From contig OX597815.1 of NCBI GenBank assembly GCA_951406725.2, positions 86,304,001 to 86,368,000 on the forward strand: 64,000 nt of DNA, written 5' to 3'. Below the pieces are notes generated by a model, which saw nothing but the letters and a program-made list of their open reading frames with translations, did not search any database and was not told the DNA's origin. This DNA is from Octopus vulgaris (lineage: Eukaryota). Shown one piece after another: positions 29,521 through 44,349 of the stretch (position 1 is the first letter of the stretch; every line of letters starts with the position of its first letter). Both the position numbers and the translations under genes were made by a program.

Positions 29521-29600
29521 TCGACGAAGATGTTTGTGAAGGGGATTGAGTTTTTAGCAAAAGTAAGCGATGTGTGTCCGTGTGAAATGTGTATGTCGGA
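27560..29600 (-). other. Triplet-repeat-rich, transposon-poor region upstream of the minus-strand ORF; probable long 5'UTR/promoter-proximal sequence
   Basis: Mixed (CAA/CAG/CAT/CAC)n runs and a higher-GC unique block at 28380-28562; stops break all long frames; far fewer SINEs than the flanks. Confidence 0.35.
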
Positions 29601-29715
29601 GTTTATTTATAGCTGTCTGTATATGTTATTGCGTACGTGTGAATAGTTATGTTAAGTGTGTGTGTTTTGCTAGTACATAATCCGGCACGTGGGAGCAATT
29701 CTGTATTTCTGTGTA

Positions 29716-29771
<56 letters not shown>

Positions 29772-30319
29772 AAAGAGAGGTGGAAGAGAGAGGAGAGAAA
29801 GGTGGGAGAGAGAGAAAGAGACAATGATTAAAAGAAAAGCAAAAGAAGAGAGGAGTACTCTTTGTCTGTCTGTGTGTCTATACACGTGTATTTCCGAGTC
29901 TACACCATGTGAATGCACATTCGTATGCATGTACTTATGTCTGTACGTGTGTAAGAATATGTGTCTCAAATTGCATGTATCGACGGGTTTATGTGTGTTA
30001 ATATGGATTTTCTGCATGTGTGAAAATAGAAAGATTGGTTGATGCAGGCAGCAAGACAGAGTGAGAAGGAGAGAGAGAGAAAGAGAGAGAGAGCGGGAGA
30101 GACGGGGGAGAATGAGCGAATGTATTTGTATGTGTCTGTGCATACATTCATACGTGTTTATATCTGAGTGTCTGAGCACCGGTATGTTCGTGCAAGCTTG
30201 TATATAGTGATGCTTAGTGTATGGTGAGGTACAAGTAAATGAAGTGTGTGATCCCGTTTCATAGAAAAAGAGTAGTCTGCGAGCATACACACACACACAT
30301 ATACATACTTATGTATATG

Positions 30320-30399
<80 letters not shown>

Positions 30400-31025
30400 A
30401 TTATTTATATTTTTGAGACAACACAAGCGTTTTCAACTTGTCTGATAATGCTGAAGTGTGCTTGTTTAAGTGTGCGATTATATGCATAAATGTGGGTGTG
30501 TGTCTGACTAAGCAAGCATATATAAACATGCGTGTGTCTGCATGTGCGTAAAGAGTGTGTGTGCGTGCGAATACACACCTATGTGTTTGTATGTCGGAAC
30601 GAACGCCTGCACGCGAATGAACATCTATATATTCCTAAACGCATTTCTTCGTGTATGTAGGAACACATACTTAAAATGTGAATGTGCGTATGTTAGTAAT
30701 TAAGCTGATGCGTATACATCCTTTCGTGTAATCATAAGTACGAACGCAATTTATTGTACTATGTATGTATGTATGTATGTATGTATGTATATTTACTATT
30801 ATGTACTTACGTCTGTACGCATGTACCTGCGTATGTAGTAAATTGAAATCTCCGTACCTATCTATCTATCAATCTATCTATGTATCTATCTATCTCTCTC
30901 CATCTATCTACCTACTTAGCTAGCTAGCTAGCTAGCTACCTACCTACCTACCTACCTACCTACCTACCTACCTACCTACCTACCTACCTATTTACCTACC
31001 TACCTGCCTACCTTACTATCTATAG

Positions 31026-31079
<54 letters not shown>

Positions 31080-31857
31080 ACACACACGTGTATATGAAGA
31101 TATGTATGCTTGAATGTGCGTATGTATATATTTCAGTTGATATGTACGTGTTCGCATGTGATATATGCATATATGATATATGTACACATGTATAAACGTA
31201 TGTACCATGTATGAATGCATGCGCATACGTTTGTATGTATGTATGTATGTATGTATGTATGTATGTATGTATGTATGCATGTATGTATGTATATGTGTAT
31301 GTGCGTGCGTGTGTCTATGTGCGTATGAGTGTGTGTAAGATGTTTATCTATTACAGTTTAAGCATGTGAGAGTTTTAATGCATCAGTGTGAATGTATGTC
31401 TGACCACGAATGTGATCACTTGTATGTAATAATATAAATCTTCTGAAGGTCATTGTGACAGTATATGTTATCTTGGAAGAACAGAATCTATGTGTGTGCG
31501 TAAGAATGTAATTATTCCGATCGTGTTTCTATATTTATGTATATATGTAACTTGGCTATTAAAATATATGTGTGGATTTGTGCACATCAGATTGCTAGCT
31601 GTTGTCAGTATTTTCCCAGTCTTTGCCGGTCCGAAACTATGTTTATATACGTTTCCTCCATATACGAACATGTGTCCACGCGTATACAGGCACAATCATT
31701 CACACATGTTACGTGTGAATGAGTATATACACACATACATACACGCACGCACACATTCCCTCATATATGTACAAACGTGCTCACATAAGCCCACATACAC
31801 ACACATACATATACTAATATACCGACATATATTCACAAATAGGACACGCACTTATAC

Positions 31858-31950
<93 letters not shown>

Positions 31951-32939
31951 TGTAGTTCTTTTCTTTTGATTTGCTTAAAGATTTCCTACTGCAAAGAATC
32001 AGCTGATATCTAACAACGAAAAAGTTCCATCGCGGGAATTTAGATAACAAGAAGTTGAATTATAGAAAAGACTTGCATATTGTTACTGTTTGTAACATAT
32101 TGTTACACAGCAGGAATTTTCAAATTAGCTGGTCACTTTCGACAGTTGACGCATTAATAATTATGGGTACAAAACTATTGGTTATAAAAGAGTTGTCAGT
32201 GCCTAGATTTTCTCTCACTGATTTTGAAGGAAATTGTTCACATCAACTGGGCAGTTTAATTTTTCTCTTGTGTCTGGTTTCAGACATTTTGTTTGCATGC
32301 GTTCGACAAAAAGTTTGATGACAATGCTCTAGTAATCACGTTTGTGCTGAAACATATACGCACATTTAACATCAGAAATATTTTCTATATTTGTCCGAGG
32401 GCTGTCTTTCGTATGGATCACATCTCGCATAATATTACGTTGCATTGGAATGCAGTACCTTAATGATATTTTGGATCTCCTACAGATCAAATGTGTTAGT
32501 TCTATGTAGTTTCTTCCATCACAACATCACGAGATCCACGTTTTCGTTCGCTATCACTTTTGCTAAGAAAAATGATACTATCTCTTTCTGATTATGGGTT
32601 GGGAAAACACAACCTTCAATATGTGTCATGATTTAATGCCCAAGAGTCCACGGGAAATAACACTTCCTATCAATACTAGCATCATTTGCAATTTCACAGT
32701 TAACATATCAATGCATAATCTTTTGTCCATAAGGACTTTATTGAGGTACGTTCATCCAGCAGTCCTGAAACTGTTTATATAAGAACTGATAATTTGAGGG
32801 TTTACTCCCCTAATTTTCTGATGAATTAGGATTACATTTAGGAATTTTTTTTTCTGTTGTTGTTCAGTAGATATCATATGGCACTCGAAGTCTGATTTGT
32901 TCTTATTACTTCGGTTTCAGAAGACCACAGATATTCGCC

Positions 32940-33092
32940 ATTCTGTAAGCAGCCTCAGGGATTAGCGAGGAGTAGATGTGGAGGTCTTCAAAGAGTGTCT
33001 GGACAAATTTTTATCTGAAATACCAGATGAACCCACATCACAGCAAGAGGTATAAAGAAGAGCAACTCCGTCCAACTCGCTACTTTATTAAA
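32940..33092 (+). mobile_element. 3' end of CR1/L2-group LINE ORF2
   Basis: GVDVEVFKECLDKFLSEIPDEPTSQQEV*RRATPSNSLL fits the FK..LD.FL..IPD.P....SNSL tail of invertebrate CR1-group elements. Confidence 0.75.
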
Positions 33093-35539
33093 AACAGTAG
33101 AATTTAATCCTGTCTCAAATAGGAGTTTGAACACGTTAGATTAAACGGATAGAAAAAGATGTTAGATGCTTCTCAAATTACACTTTATTCTCTTAAGAGG
33201 GAAAATGACATGAGGAACATTTTCTTATCTATATAAAATCAGCGGTTTGATGACTGCAATCGCTCACATCAGCTGACTCATCAATCAGTGTTGATGTAAG
33301 GTTAGGCAATGGTAACAACACTTGAACTTAGAAAACAATACCCCAATTACCTCCTGATTATATGTAGAGTTCAGGATGCGTGAATTACATTTTTAAAATT
33401 GCGTTCCCATCTTTACTTTCATATTTCTTCATTACCTCTCGGGATCTTAATTTTACTCTAAATATTTTTTTGAATACATTTCTCAATTCTCAGTAACCAG
33501 TCATTGTTATTCTACAATAATTCACCGGCACTCGCACATTTTAAAGAACCAGTACTCAGTGCTGTTCCTAATAACAGTCATAATATAATTATAAAAAGAA
33601 ACTGGATCATATCCTTTACGGTCCACTTTGTAGAACTTTTGCAGTTTAAAGAGGAAGCGTATTAATTTCAGTACAAAAACGAGATCTATAATCACACAAA
33701 AGCTTGTACCAATTTCCACATATTCTTTTTTATCTTTGTGTATCTTGTTCCATAGCTAGAATATATTCAGCATAAATTCTGAGCAACTCCATTCCACACA
33801 CATATACTTTCGCTTCCAATGAAAGAATTTAAAATATAAATTCCAGATTTTATATGACGAAAACAAAATAGTGTTACTCCATTTATTCTCGATTGATTTT
33901 CAGTTATTTTAACAATCTATATCAAAGGTTTGTAAAACATTTAATTATTAAATTATACTGTCATATAGTTTCTAAACAAATATTTATACTTTGCTGTAAC
34001 ATCATTTTTTCGTACACATTATATCTTTTCATCTGAACCAGTTCTTATTTTGCTTGCACTATTGCTGAAAATTTTATAAACAAAGTGTTATATATGTTGT
34101 TTTTAAAATATCGTAACCATTAAAGTAGTTTGTTACATTTTTGTTCTAGCCTAGTGTGTGTGTGCGTGCGTGCGCATTTTTGTGTGTAAACATTGCTTCA
34201 TAAAATGCTACTTTAAGCGTGGTGTAGTCATCAAGTAGTGATCAGAGATAGAATCTTTGATTCCGACTTCACCAAAGTGAGGTACGCCTGAATCGTTCAT
34301 CGGCTAGAAGTGCGATCGAAATTGTGCGAGCATTAAACGAAAAGACAGACGACGATAGCAAGCGTGAGGAGTGCATTTACACGAAAAGTTGTGTACACAA
34401 TTTACTTGATGTCACCAGTTCGGATCTTTAAAATCGTTTCGAATGGTCGGTATCTGGCTGGTAACATAAAGCATATTATGCAAGCAGGAGCAATATTGAG
34501 GCAATATTGCTGGTATGCATAAAAACGAATTGAGATGAAACATGGATTTTAATTGTTCCCCACCACAGGGTCACGGCAAAAAAGGTGATTGTAAGAAGAG
34601 GTATAGTAATAGATTGGCGAGGTGGGCATAAGGAACGCCAGGAGACAAGCAGTTGATGTATTACTGAGGTGATAGGAAGTATAGCTCTGAGGTGTACAGA
34701 TACAGGAGAGAACAAGTAGTCAAGGAAATGGTGGAAGAGCAAAGGTATTGGGAAAGGATCAGGCGATGGAAGAGAGTAAGGAGAAAATAAGGCGGCTAAG
34801 GATGATTCAGTAACCGTAACACTTAAGTATGTTCTCAGTCGTGATAGAAAATATTTTCCATTGCACACTTGTTCCTCCGTGTCTTCCTTTTAGTTCGTAG
34901 TTCGCAATCATTCTTCTAATTCACTTTCTCACTTCCCTTATGTGTCATACGTATAACTGGCGCAACTGGCACACTCTGCAGTGCTTGTTTGTATACTTTG
35001 ACAGGATTTGTTTTTTTATATCTTACTCGTCCCCCTCTGACATGATTAATGTGGTGCTTATGAACCCGTCTCCTTACATCTCTCATTACTTTGCAATATA
35101 GTCGCTGTTTATTACTTTCAGACCAACTGAAATTGACTGACTCACCTTAGCGGTCTTAGTTTGCTTCTAACTCCAAGGTGAATATTTGAAGATGGAAGAA
35201 AATATCTTCTTTGCAAAAATACCTCATACAAAAGCAAATTTTAAACCACTTTGGTGGATGAACAATATTGAATATATAGAAAGATTTCATACCATAATCT
35301 ATCATGACTAGATACAGCCAGGAAGAAATATTGTATTATCATAAATATCATAAAATCTGAAAACTTTACATAACTTATGGGAAAATCCGTATTATGAATA
35401 GTCACCAGGAATCGGCTTAAGAGTTGAATAATGGTAAACGATGTTGTCATTCGCTAAGCAGTCACTCATCTGTGATGTTTTTGCTTATTTTAAATATGGA
35501 AGACCAAAGTGACATATCAGTTTGGTTTTGTGAGCAAGG

Positions 35540-36470
35540 AAATAAAAACACCTAGTCGATGATTGACTCTTTCCTTAATAGATCTGTTGCATTTTTGAAA
35601 AACTCTTCATGTTTGATTATTTGCATGTTTCCCCGTGGAGAGGTGAAGACACTTTGGAATTCTTTATTTAGCATTTCAATTATCTTCTTAAGTTCTACAG
35701 TTAGTGAGCCGTCTTCTTCACGGTGGCCGTATCTTGTAGTGTACTGAGGCAGATTCCTTCGCAAACTTGTAGAGGTTTTAGGTTTAATTTTTGAATTTTC
35801 CACCGCCCTGATTTCTCTTTCTACTCTTTCCTTTTCAAAGAAGAATCAGAGTATATTTTCGATTTCTAAAAATGCAGCTTTGAGGAGGGATGAGATTTTT
35901 AAACAATTTTAATGGAGTATCTGTTTGTCAGATGACTCCCAGTCAGCTTTGTAGAACTTCAGACCGGATGGTGTTTAGGTGCCATCTGCATGAAATACAT
36001 CGCTAATTCGTTTTGGACCATATATCGCCAGTTCTATCATGTTGTGGTCTAAGAAGAATGTCGGTGATATCGTCACATTGAGGATGCGTTCCACAATATT
36101 GGTGGAGCAGAAGTCTAATATGATATCGTTTCTGGTTGGGGAAAGTATGGTTTGCTCCATGAACGGCATTTACACGAGATCAAGTAGTGATTCTACTTGA
36201 TTACACTCTTTGGGTGTCATTCCTGATATTCTGTCGCCTTCTGGCCATCTGATGTAAGGGAAGTTGAAGTCACCCATTAACGCATTGATCTAGTTTTCTT
36301 GGTACTTATTTTTATGATCGCAAGGCTTTCCTCAGATTTACCGTCGTGGTTGAAGACATTGAGTGGGAGATATAATGTACATATTACCACATCAAGTTGC
36401 TTTAAATGCGCAATGAGTGTGTCACAAATCGAGTTTGAATGTGACAACAGAGTTAGTAGTGTCACATCTT
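35540..36470 (-). pseudogene. Decayed LINE ORF2 N-terminal part (APE endonuclease and linker), CR1/L2 group
   Basis: VVICTLYLP, MGDFNFPYIRW, QTILSPTRNDIILDFCSTN, FLDHNMIEL, FYKADW, EMLNKEFQSVFT motifs spread across frameshifted frames. Confidence 0.85.
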
Positions 36471-37022
36471 CACAAATGTCATTATTATATTAATTCTATT
36501 ATTTAATAATAGTACTTATAATTGTATGCCTGAACTAAGTGTAGCTACATGTAATGACATAAAGGGAAGATAAACAAAGTTAACCGGGATGTTCAAATAT
36601 GAATGTGAATATGAGATTCATTATAAATGATTTGACGCCTTAAAATAGCTTGGAATAAATTTGGATATAAAGCATACATAAATAAATAGAATTACATCAG
36701 TAAGTGGGATAACTGTAAGGATAATAAATCCACTTTATGCGCTCGAATTTACTATTTGATATACATTATCCAATTGTACTTCAACAACGAAAATATAGAT
36801 ATGAAGCAGCACAATACACAATAAAGGCAAAATACTGACGTATTGCCGTCGAATGCACAAATAAATCATGTTGAAAAGGCAAAGAATATATCATTCTTTG
36901 GCTCAAACTATATCTATACATGCAACTGGCAATAAACACTCAAGCACATACACATTTATCTCTCCCTCTATCTGTCTCTTCATACCTACCTACCTACCTA
37001 CCTACCTACTTACCAACATACA

Positions 37023-37055
<33 letters not shown>

Positions 37056-37173
37056 TCCCACGTAAGTAAATATCTATCCATCTATCTATTTATCTATCTA
37101 CCTATATATATATATATATTTCTATTATATACATATATACATTCATACATAAATAAATATCTCTCCATCTCTG

Positions 37174-37215
<42 letters not shown>

Positions 37216-37289
37216 GATATATATATATATATATATATACATACATACATATTTATATACATACACACACACACATATATATATATATG

Positions 37290-37352
<63 letters not shown>

Positions 37353-37702
37353 GTATATATCTATTCATGTATATTTGCATATATATATATATATATATAT
37401 TTATACACATACGTACGTGTATGTGTATTTATATCTATCTCCCTTTGTCTGTCTGAATGTCTGTCTGTCTGTCTCTCTCTGTATATATATATATATATAT
37501 TTATGCATAAACATTTTGATTTATATATTGTATATCTTCACGAATGAGCAATAGGTTAAAAGCATTTTGTGGAGGTACATAGAAAACGACGGAAATTCAA
37601 CTTTGGAAAAAAATTCAACTTTAAATGATTGATTATACTATTAAATATCTGACAATCTATTAATTATAATAAAAGCCCATATTTAGAATCTTACTATCCC
37701 CT

Positions 37703-37735
<33 letters not shown>

Positions 37736-37904
37736 TCATATACATATACAGACATAGACACACAGACACACACACACATATATATATACGCACATACATA
37801 AAGATATTAATATATATAATAAGAGATAATAATATACGCACATACATAATATATATAATAATATACGCACATACATAAAGATATTATTAATATATAATAA
37901 TATA

Positions 37905-38822
37905 AGTCGCTAGCAATCATAAAAACCAGTAAGGTGAATTTATAAATATTATTATAACAATAATTATAATTACGGGCTCAAGATAGTACCAGCGTTGATA
38001 AAAATAAGAGCCGAAAAATTACACAAATAAGCCACAATATTGCTGAAAACTTTACAAGCTGACGAAATCGAGGAGCGAGTAAAAAGCCAACCCAACATTG
38101 CGGGGGAATGACGCAAATATATTTGCAGACATGGCGAGCTGGCAGAAACGTTAGAGCGCCGGGCGAAATGCTTAGCGGTATTTCGTCTGTCGTTACGTTG
38201 TGAGTTCAAATTCCGCCGAGGTCGACTTTGCCTTTCATCTTTTCGGGGTCGATAAATTAAGTACCAGTTACCCACTTGGGTCGATGTATTCGACTTAATC
38301 CCTTTGTCTGTCCTTGTTTGTCCCCTCTATGTTTAGCCCCTTGTGGGTAGTAAAGATATATATCAGTGATATTTTGGCTTATTCGAGTATTTTTTTTTTT
38401 ACTCTTATTTCTAACAACGTTGGTACTAATTGCAATTATAATTTTTTCAATTTCCCTTTTTGGATTTTATGTTTGCTAGTCACTTATATAATTATTCATT
38501 AATATTATCTTAATTTATGTATGATTATATACTTCTATTATTTGAATTTGGCGCTAGTCTTTCAACGATTTTAACAAGCATGACGAAGTGGGTATTATTT
38601 TAACGCCAGACAGCAAAGACTAAGAGTATTATCTTGGGATTCGAAATCACGTAACATGGGTATATCTGCAAATTCATTTGCGTCTTTTCTCCGCAATTGT
38701 AAGCTGGCTTTTTACTCGCTCCTCGATTTCATCAGCTTATTACAGTGTGGCTTATTTGAGTATTTTTCGACTCTTACTTCTAGCAACACTGGTACTCTCT
38801 GGTACCCTTAATCATAATTGTA
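37905..38822. mobile_element. Inverted-repeat non-autonomous element with hammerhead-like cores, interrupted by a SINE
   Basis: 37965-38131 is the reverse complement of ~38662-38822, and 37905-38045 of ~38365-38490; CTGACGA at 38059-38065 (+) and CTGATGA at 38735-38729 (-). Confidence 0.6.
38132..38355 (+). mobile_element. Well-preserved tRNA-derived SINE, family B
   Basis: GGCGAGCTGGCAGAAACGTTAG (A-box-like), GAGTTCAAATTCC (B box), central GTCGACTTTGCCTTTCATCTTTTCGGGGTCGATAAATTAAGTACCAG, reminiscent of conserved SINE central domains. Confidence 0.85.
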
Positions 38823-38869
38823 ATGATATATATATATATATATATATCATCTTACTTTATGTAAATTCG

Positions 38870-39132
38870 TGTGTTGAAGCATATTTTGTTGTGTCTGGGG
38901 AGGGTCATTCTCTTTTAGTGCTTTATTATTTAACACACTCACCGGTTTAGTTTCCATTCATTTACTTATTTAGTTTTTTCTAGAATTTTTATTGTGTCTT
39001 GCAACCTTTTCAACAGTCGTTGATTCTGTCCGTTATCCGAGGTGCATTCTTTTTTGTGTTTGTGAGCATGTGTGTGGGTCAGTGTACGTGTGCATACACA
39101 TATGTATACATGTATGTGTGTGTATGCATGTA

Positions 39133-39186
<54 letters not shown>

Positions 39187-39187
39187 A

Positions 39188-39247
<60 letters not shown>

Positions 39248-40431
39248 TGGATGTGTGGGTGTGCATATATATATATGCATGTATGTATGTGTGTACATTG
39301 GTATGTATGTATTCTGCATATTCATGTGTTTATGTGTTCGTATTTATGTGTGTGTGTCTGTTTATATGTGTATGTGTGATTGTCTGTTCATATTACCTAT
39401 GTACTATATCTATACGCATACACACGCATACATGGATCTACATAATAGCCCACTAACTATTTTACCTGTATATATGTATAAACTGTGGGTAATGGTGTGT
39501 GACTACCTATTACGTATAATTCCTATTTAGTACTAGGGATATTTCATTTATGAGGACGTACTCCTGTATTTTTCTGAATGTTGGGTCCTTCGAGAGCTTG
39601 AATAAAATACGGATATCAAGATGACCCAGGTTACTTCCGTGTTGGTCTTTGGCATGCGTGTAGAGTATGGAGGACTGTATTTTGTCGTTATAATGGCTCA
39701 AATGATCATTTAGTCTTTCCGCAATGCTCCTAGATGTTTCACCTATGTATATCATGTTCTTGTCTTTACAAGTACCTTCTATGCACCTCATGCTGCAGAT
39801 TATAATTTCTAGTTCTACAGTTAATGCCAGGTTTAATCCTACATACCATGCTGTTATCATTGCTGCATATGGCATTCTCAAAGGGGTACCTCCTACATAG
39901 TTGTGATATGATGGAGCTGCCTGGCTTTTCAACGATCTTAATGTTGAGTTTGGTCTCCTTCAGAGTTTTCCTAAATCTACGGGCTAGTTCTCCATGGGCT
40001 GTGGCCTCTACAACTTCTTGATATTTGTTGGTCTTGTACCACGTTTTCACCCGGTTTACGTTGTCACAAAATCTTTGTATTCTATTCCAGTTTTTACTAC
40101 TATATCTAGGGCAGGTGCCACTGGTTTCATTATATATAATGTTATCTAACGTATTTCTAGCATTGTGTAGAACTCCGGAGAATACCACAGTTCATATATA
40201 CATTCAGGTAGAATAGTTAGTGAGCTGGTATGTAGATGTAAGTATGTGTGTGTGTATATGTATATATGTATACATATATATACGGATATGTATACGTATA
40301 TGTATATGTATGTAGGTAAATGGATATGAATGTAAGTAGGTATACATACGGAGAGACGGGTATATAGGTAATATGAACTCTCAACCACACATACAAACAT
40401 GCATACGAAAATGAAGACTGAGACACGTGAC

Positions 40432-40468
<37 letters not shown>

Positions 40469-40945
40469 ACTTCACATATGGAGACACACATCCATACATA
40501 ACAGATGCAGTACATAGTCACAAAAACCCATACAGAAACACACTCAGACATGCACACCTAAGGAGACAGAGGTACACACACATACACGCATGCAAACACA
40601 CACACATACAAACACACAAACGCGAACATAAAAACATGAATTTGCAGAATAAATAATACAAACGCACATACATACATATATATATGCATACACACACACA
40701 CATATACATAATACATACATATGTGAATGCGCACTCATACTGACCCACACACATGCGCACAGACAAACAAAACACAAAGCAGCTCAGATAACGGACGGGA
40801 GTCAACGACTATTGAAAAGGTTGCAAGATGCAGCGAAAATTTTAGAAAAAATAAATAAGTAAATGAGTGTAAACTAAACCGGCGTGTTAAATAATAAGGC
40901 ACTAAAAGATAATGACTCTCCCCAGGCACAACAATACACACACAC
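38870..40945 (-). mobile_element. Penelope-like retroelement remnant between inverted repeats
   Basis: GIY-YIG coding remnant (39510-40190) flanked by ~38870-39500 and its reverse complement ~40180-40940 (e.g. CTTGCAACCTTTTCAACAGTCGTTGA vs TCAACGACTATTGAAAAGGTTGCAAG). Confidence 0.75.
39510..40140 (-). pseudogene. Penelope-like element C-terminus: RT thumb/linker, Cys-rich linker and GIY-YIG endonuclease (frameshifted)
   Basis: VEATAHGELARR...IKIVEKPGSSIISQL...C.NDNSMVC...NCRTRN, then C..CKDKNMIYIGETSRSIAERLNDH...SILYTHAKDQH...PTFRKIQEYVLINE..VLNR. Confidence 0.88.
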
Positions 40946-41033
40946 ACATCTATAGAACTTACTTGGAAATGGATGCGTGGCGTTCAATCATATAATAATA
41001 TGCATATACACATACATACATGTACATACTTAT

Positions 41034-41663
<630 letters not shown>

Positions 41664-41671
41664 TATATGAG

Positions 41672-42240
41672 TACAGGACGTCACAAAACGTAAATAACAG
41701 GAAATACGAAATAGGAAAACGTGAAATACATAGACAAGCTTTTGTATGAGAATAACGAAACAAACAAATGGAAAACAAGACAAGTAACATAAAAAACGAC
41801 CCTTCATCAGTTGTCATCTGTTTATCTACTCCACATTTCGAGCAATTCATGACAATATAGGCCTTCGATAAAACAGTTGCTCCCGCGAACCAAAATAAAA
41901 TTTGGGATTTACGGAGGGTGAAAGTTGGTAACAAAATCAGGACAATGAACACAAACAGTGAGGGCCGCTAAGCCATACGAGATAAGGTGGCTAACACTGG
42001 AGGAATATTCTTTGACAGGAGAAAAGATAGGAGGGGAGACAGACCAGAATGTGTCTGGTCTGTGCGAGAGACCGAAAGAACTGAAAGATCATCACCTGAA
42101 GAAAAGGAAGATGGAAGATGGTCACGTATGAGCAACGAGAGAGTAAAAGAGGAACAGGGAGAGATAAAGAGAGACAGATAGAACACGGTTAAGGGGAGAA
42201 AGAGAACTGTACAGGGTAGAGTCGCATCAAAATTATTATG
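41672..42240. repeat. Unclassified interspersed repeat (family E)
   Basis: Homologous purine-rich segment at ~57325-57735 (GATGGTCACG..TGAGCAACG.GAGAG). Confidence 0.55.
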
Positions 42241-42291
42241 ATAAAACCTTATTGGAAATGGATGCATGGCGTCTGATCATGTGATAATATG

Positions 42292-42350
<59 letters not shown>

Positions 42351-43657
42351 TGTGTATACATATATGTATGTCTGTGGGCATTTACGTATGTATATATGCG
42401 CGTATGTATGTAAAAATGGCTACGTTCGGAAACGACTTGTGGTTGATAAAAGACTTTAATAATTATTGCATTATAACGTTTGTCGGTGGATACAGAGAAA
42501 AATACAAATACACGGATAATGAAGTAACAGTAATACAGTTTCAGTCAACAGATTTTTCCGATGAATTCTTTTTCCCCCAATAGTTATAAATTTTGTAGTA
42601 AAGATTATTCTTTTTTCGAAAGGGATTGAGTCTTGATGCACAATAGTCTTGATGACCGACACAGTGCTGTGGAGAATTAATGGTTTGCATGTCTAACTTT
42701 TTGAATCTAGAAACGATGATTATGTTGAACTTAGTCTTTCACTAATCTGGTGCGAAATATAAGTGGGAAAAGATTAGAGGAAAATTAGAGGAAAACAAGA
42801 GAAGCGTCGACAGAAAAGCGAAACTTCAACTGCCTCTACAGTATAAAATCATAGCAATAGTGCCACGTCTAATATAAAATTTTCATTATGAATCAAGAGA
42901 AACAAAGATAATATTCCTTTAACTAGTAGTACTCACAAATATTTCGCCTTCATTTACGTAGTATGTCATGGGGCAGTGGCTTATCAAACATTTGTTTTTA
43001 TATAGGCGAGTTATGATAGCTTCGGTGTGAACCTATAGTACATAGTTTCACATAAATCTAAAAAATCCCGAGTTAATGCTTCGCACTTGAAGTCAGCGAA
43101 TGTATGGCTGGAGTAACCTTCATGAAATATTTGGATGCCAGATCATGAAAAGTTAAATAAATACAGATAAACTTGGTTTTTTTCAAAGTTACTTTCAAAT
43201 GGTTGCCTTTTTTTAAGGATGGTACTCAGGGCTAAAACAGCATCAACTTTCAAGTATACATCATGTGAATAATTGCATTTTTCTACGTTATTTAGCTACT
43301 TTACGTTAATTTAGTTGATGTTCTGCGAATCATTACGAGAATAGGAAAACGTGCAACAATATTTGCAACTTCTGAACACAAGTATTCTTCTCCAAATCTT
43401 TTCGCAAAGAAGGTGAGAAATGAGGCGCTGACAGTTTTTTTTTTCTGTTTAGATTTGCTGTTCTCCTAGTCTGGCGGTTTTTAACGGAGTTCAAACTGCC
43501 AGATTGATTTCCAAACGTGTAGGGCGCTCAAAGTATTTTCAGACGTCAAGTGTGTTCGTGACCAGATACAACAGATAGATATTTTGAAGTCAAGAAAAAC
43601 ATTTTGAAACACATAAACGTATACATATAATACATCATAGACTGAGAGCCAGTCCTG

Positions 43658-44265
43658 GCTCCAAAATACTGACAAGGCTCAATATGTGTACACATGGTCC
43701 TAATACCATGAAACATGATTCTTTAGTATGCTTAGTTATGGATTAACTAATTATGAGATAGTCAACTTGCGTAAATAACTAATTTAATTAAACTTTAAGC
43801 TCCAGTAATGAATCCCATTGAACATTAATCCTTAGACACAAGTTATACTTAAATGAAAACTTAAGAAAAAAAACGGGTATGTAAAGACAAATTAAGAAGT
43901 TTTAATTAGACACTTAATTAGGAATTAAGTAGACTTTCTGCTCCAGCGTCGATTACTTCACAGAATTGTTCACTAAACCCAACTGAATCTATTCATGTCA
44001 CTTAAGAACCATTTTAGGTATGGATTTCTAATTTAAGAAGTATTTTTCACTAATCACCATACACTAATTAAGGAGAAATATAGAGAAACACTGTTTTCAA
44101 GCTACGTGATGAATGCAACATACAAACGTGTCTTAGACCCAGTTAACATGAAAGGAAGAAATTAAGAAACATCCCAGGCATTTGAAGACAATAAGAAACC
44201 TTTTAATTAGATCGTTAATTATGTCTTAATTAGAGTTTCTCCTCCGATGTAGATTCGTTTTCAAC
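43658..44265 (+). repeat. Left long inverted repeat of the DNA transposon
   Basis: GCTCCAAAATACT...TGGTCCTAATACCATGAAAC...CAAGCTACGTGATGAATGCAACATA; its reverse complement is at 49618-48612. Confidence 0.9.
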
Positions 44266-44349
44266 AGTTCAGTATTTGAGTATATGGATCGTGCGAAAAT
44301 TCGAAGACAATATCAAAGTACAATCGCCCAAGTGTAAGAAATTAGGTGT

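Noticed and set aside
34285-34432. CpG-rich ~48-codon open stretch (RLNRSSARSAIEIVRALNE...) faintly like a mariner N-terminus
   Set aside because: Too short; no ATG, terminal repeat or catalytic motif.
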